Position numbers and translations under genes: made by a program. Under the pieces are notes generated by a model. That model did no database searches and was not told the DNA's origin. It was given only the letters and a program-made list of their open reading frames with translations. A stretch of 63,068 nucleotides of DNA, the filler included. It is 4 parts of 4 records of this genome, joined end to end, with 100 filler letters (N's around TTAATTAATTAA, not from the genome) between each part and the next. Parts side by side here need not be neighbours in the genome. Positions count along the whole stretch, not along the records: positions 38,251 to 63,068 come from SRR31147125_3979; 3 more parts are not named here. One strand, written 5' to 3'. Shown piece by piece: positions 59,960-63,068 of this stretch. Numbering within the stretch: position 1 is the stretch's first letter; every line of letters starts with the position of its first letter.

Positions 59960-62900
59960 TCAGAATTCAAGTTTAACACCCAACAAGAGTGCTCTCGGAT
60001 TGAGGAACAAGGCAAAGTCCTTGGTCGGCGCGATAGGAGCTCGATCAACACCTTCCGCATCCTTCCAGTTCTCTGTAAAGACATTATTGCCTTTTTCATC
60101 CTCATAGTCGCCAATATCATTGCCAAAACCTGTTACAGGATCCACGACATGATTGATATAAGTTTCTCTCTCACTACTACTCAGTGCACCAAAATTTAGA
60201 TGCCTGAAATTAAAGAGATTACTTACATCCATATAAAGAAGCAATCTAGAGGGACCCACATTTAACGTTTTGGTAAGTCTTAAAGAGGTTGTGTAATAAT
60301 CCGTCCAGTAATAAATACTTCTCACATCACGAGTCGGCAGACCTTCAGGATTCCAGATGACTTTTTGACCAATGTTCCAGCGCTGTAAAATGCTGAGTCG
60401 CCAGTCACCTGTCAACCCTCCCCATTCGCCTGGGCTATGAATATCCAGATTACCGACAAAGCTGGGTACAGGCTCTGGTCGTTCCTGGACGGCAGAGTAA
60501 ATGTAATAACCAACCAGTGGGTCCTGGTTTAGTCTCTGATTACCATAATAACCCCTGGTTGAAATCCGGTAGTCAAAGTTGAGCCAGCCGGTTAAATATT
60601 CACCCCGAAGTTTACTCAATTTGAATTCAATGCCTCGTATATCTTCGTATACGTTATTTCTTGGCGTATTATATCCTGCTGCCCCTTTGCCAACACTTAC
60701 AAAATTGACAAAATGGCCCATATTATGCGAGCCGGCAACACCGTCTATCCGTAGACTGCCAATTTGATCTTCGTTATCTTTGGAGTAAAAACTGGCCCGG
60801 GCCGTATAGGTATCCCATAAACTTTGTTCAAAACCGACTTCATACATAGTTGTACGGGGTGGCTTCAAGTCTGCAAAGCCAATCCACCGAACATCACCCT
60901 GGGGATCTCCAAAAGGTCGATGCTCCGAATAGAAACCAAAACGATATCTGCTGGATGGTTCAGAATAAAATACACCGTAATTAAAAAGAATTTCGTATTC
61001 TCACGAACCGGGTGAGATAAGCCAATCCGAGGGCTAAGATGCAGAAAACTCTCACTATCTTCTTTATTCAAATCATATAATGACGAATAGCCTTCTGTAC
61101 CTCCTCGTGCGAATACGAGAGAATAGATATTGTCCGGTTCAAAAATGTAACCATTAGATGTAAAGTAATCCAAACGAATACCTATATTGGCTATCATACC
61201 ACCATATTCAAGCTTATCCTGGATATAAGCAGCATAGCGACGCGGACTTTCATCATATTCAACCCATTCGCCATACAACAATTGTATTTCTTCAACTCTT
61301 TCATACTTGCGGGTAAGATCGTTAAACTCAGCTTCAAGACCGGCCTTAACCAGGTGGTGAGGATTTAATTGGCTCGTAATATCGAAATTTATTTTTTGTG
61401 TCACGACATTGGACGTATCCTTCACTCTCCCAGAACCACCCAAATCATAGGCACCGGTTAGATCCGGTTGTTTCTCGCTTTCGTCTACCCATCCCAAAGG
61501 TGTTTCATCAAACCAAATACCACCAATTTCTTTGACACCAAAACTACGAGGACTACGAGCTGGTCCACGGCCTGCTTCTGAATCGGTCCAAAAACGATTA
61601 TATTTTAATTCATAATATGTGGAGGGACTTAGGGTATGGGTTATTTTGGCACCGATTTGTTTTGTCCATACATCCAGGAGACAATCAGCTGACAAATAGT
61701 ACTTATTCCGTCCAGTAGCTGTGTCTACCAAATCTTCGCCAGCATGATAAACCTGCATCGACAAGTCACTTGGGTTCCATGAGTCACCGCTGGTCGTTGT
61801 CGAACTCTTCCCATAAAGACCGTTTAAAATGACCTTGATAGACGAAGTCGCTTTGAAATTAATTTTCAACTCTTTTACATCAGACTTGTAGAATTCGCTC
61901 AAAATTGGAAAAACCGGATTATGGCGGGTATATTTATAACCAATAAAGTAACCGGCTTCTTTTAATCCAATTTCATCCATAAATTTTAATGGTCCACCAA
62001 TACCAGCATCTAAATATTGGTCTGCCTTATCAGTATAATCAACTCCCCTATGGCGCCATTTCCAAATTTCCTGGATTTCTTGCGGTGTCCAATCGTTTTT
62101 ACCAAGATAGTTGCTTTCATTCAGCGTTTCAGTCCGTTTGTTCCAACCCTGCCAGAGTAAATTGCCTTCTATATCATTCTTTGGTTCAAAGGCATCAGCA
62201 CCACCATAAAGCTTATAATCGTACTGATCCTTACCGAATGCATCAGGTCCAAAATGTTTATGATGAGCCGGACCATATTTGTAATCAATGGAACCAGAAA
62301 CATTGGGACTACCCTCTTTGGTGATAACATTAAAAATTCCCGAACGAATGTTTCCATATTCAGCATTAAATCCGCCGGTAAGGATTTGAACTTCACTAAT
62401 GGACGCAGAATTCATTTCAATATAAGCCCTGGTATTGAGCTTGTCCATTCGTTCCATTCCATCAACCTGGAAACTGATCTGATCGCTACCACCTCCTCGA
62501 ATTCGTATCTCCTCCAAATTGTCTATTTCTACACCGGGCTCGAGTGCAATAGTTTCAATAAATTGACTGGCTGGTAAAGTGGCAGCCTGTTCAGAAGTGG
62601 TGACAATCTGGCTTGATGATACATCTCTTTCAACAAGTGGTCTTGTAGCTGTAACAACAACCTCTTCAGCCATTTCCAGAACAGCTGTCGAAAGATTAAA
62701 ATTAACTGTTGTTGTTCTATCCACATGTACACGTACTTTTTGTTGTACCACAGGACCATAGCCCATCATTGTGGCTCTAACAGAATGCTCACCTGGAGGA
62801 ACATTTAAAATAAAAAATGATCCATCAATATCAGTAGAGGCACCCATTGTGGTTCCTACAATAATCACATTCGCACCGGGAAGCGGTTCTTGTGAACTGG

Positions 62901-63027
62901 CATCAATAACAACTCCAGCAATTTTACCGGTCGTGCCTGCCTGGACAGCTATTTCCGGTATAAACATGGCAAGCATAACCATAACTAATAAACAGATTAG
63001 TTTGTGGTACCATTTAGAACTTGCCAT
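59960..63027 (-). CDS. TonB-dependent receptor with N-terminal carboxypeptidase-regulatory-like domain (frameshift at 60983-60987)
   Basis: TTGKIAGVVID..EPLPGANV, IRGG, ILTGGFNAEYG, YIQDKLE, SPRIGLSHP, C-terminal PRALLLGVKLEF; one extra T on the coding strand joins ORF 60865-63027 to 59960-60868. Confidence 0.9.
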
Positions 63028-63068
63028 TTTTTACCTCCATAATTATAATTCAAAAGGTACTTACACTT

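Noticed and set aside
211-62761. Numerous short antisense or overlapping ORFs in the ORF track (e.g. 3631-4014, 15720-16181, 42606-43112, 53369-53824)
   Set aside because: They are shadows of well-supported genes on the other strand or frame, with no recognisable motifs.
1-63068. CRISPR array, cas genes, rRNA or recognisable anti-phage defence operon
   Set aside because: No regularly spaced repeat-spacer array, rRNA-like sequence or known defence domains were seen by eye; a CRISPR/DefenseFinder/Rfam scan would be the formal check.

Overview
This window is not one locus. It is four sequences joined by identical artificial 100-bp spacers (44 N + TTAATTAATTAA + 44 N at 12953-13052, 27304-27403 and 38151-38250), so no linkage across spacers should be assumed. 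Segment 1 (1-12952, Bacteroidota-like by inference) has a GH43-discoidin-LamG lipoprotein, a Cof/HAD hydrolase, an M16 peptidase and a sulfatase. These are followed by a J-domain protein + ribbon-helix-helix (RHH) pair with its own palindromic operator, directly ahead of a STAS-cheY-cheA-cheW-MCP chemosensory operon. Segment 2 (13053-27303, Clostridia-like) has proS, plsX-acpP-rnc-glyA, a complete acc/fab fatty-acid synthesis operon with a second ACP, and a truncated tRNA-Arg. Segment 3 (27404-38150, Clostridia-like) is an uncharacterised sugar or sugar-acid catabolic cluster: ADP-ribosylglycohydrolase, DUF296, HOGA/DHDPS-like aldolase, 2-hydroxyacid dehydrogenase, cupin, aldehyde dehydrogenase, DeoR, class II aldolase, PHP and aldo/keto reductase. 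It also holds three genuine remnants: an internally deleted GH13, a DUF1349-like gene and an IS256-like fragment. Segment 4 (38251-63068, FCB-group/KSB1-like by inference) starts with a tyrosine recombinase and a broken IS91-type transposase, preceded by tandem dif-like sites. A glycoconjugate-utilisation cluster follows, converging on a SusD-less operon of TonB-dependent receptor, T9SS-cargo protein and PorV-like barrel. Many ORFs are split by single-base deletions in homopolymers, most likely sequencing error. The best candidates for undescribed systems are the TBDT-T9SS cargo-PorV module with its amino-sugar cluster, the J-domain/RHH module in front of the che operon, and the ARH-linked catabolic cluster. 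All family assignments come from motif recognition by eye; no database searches were run.
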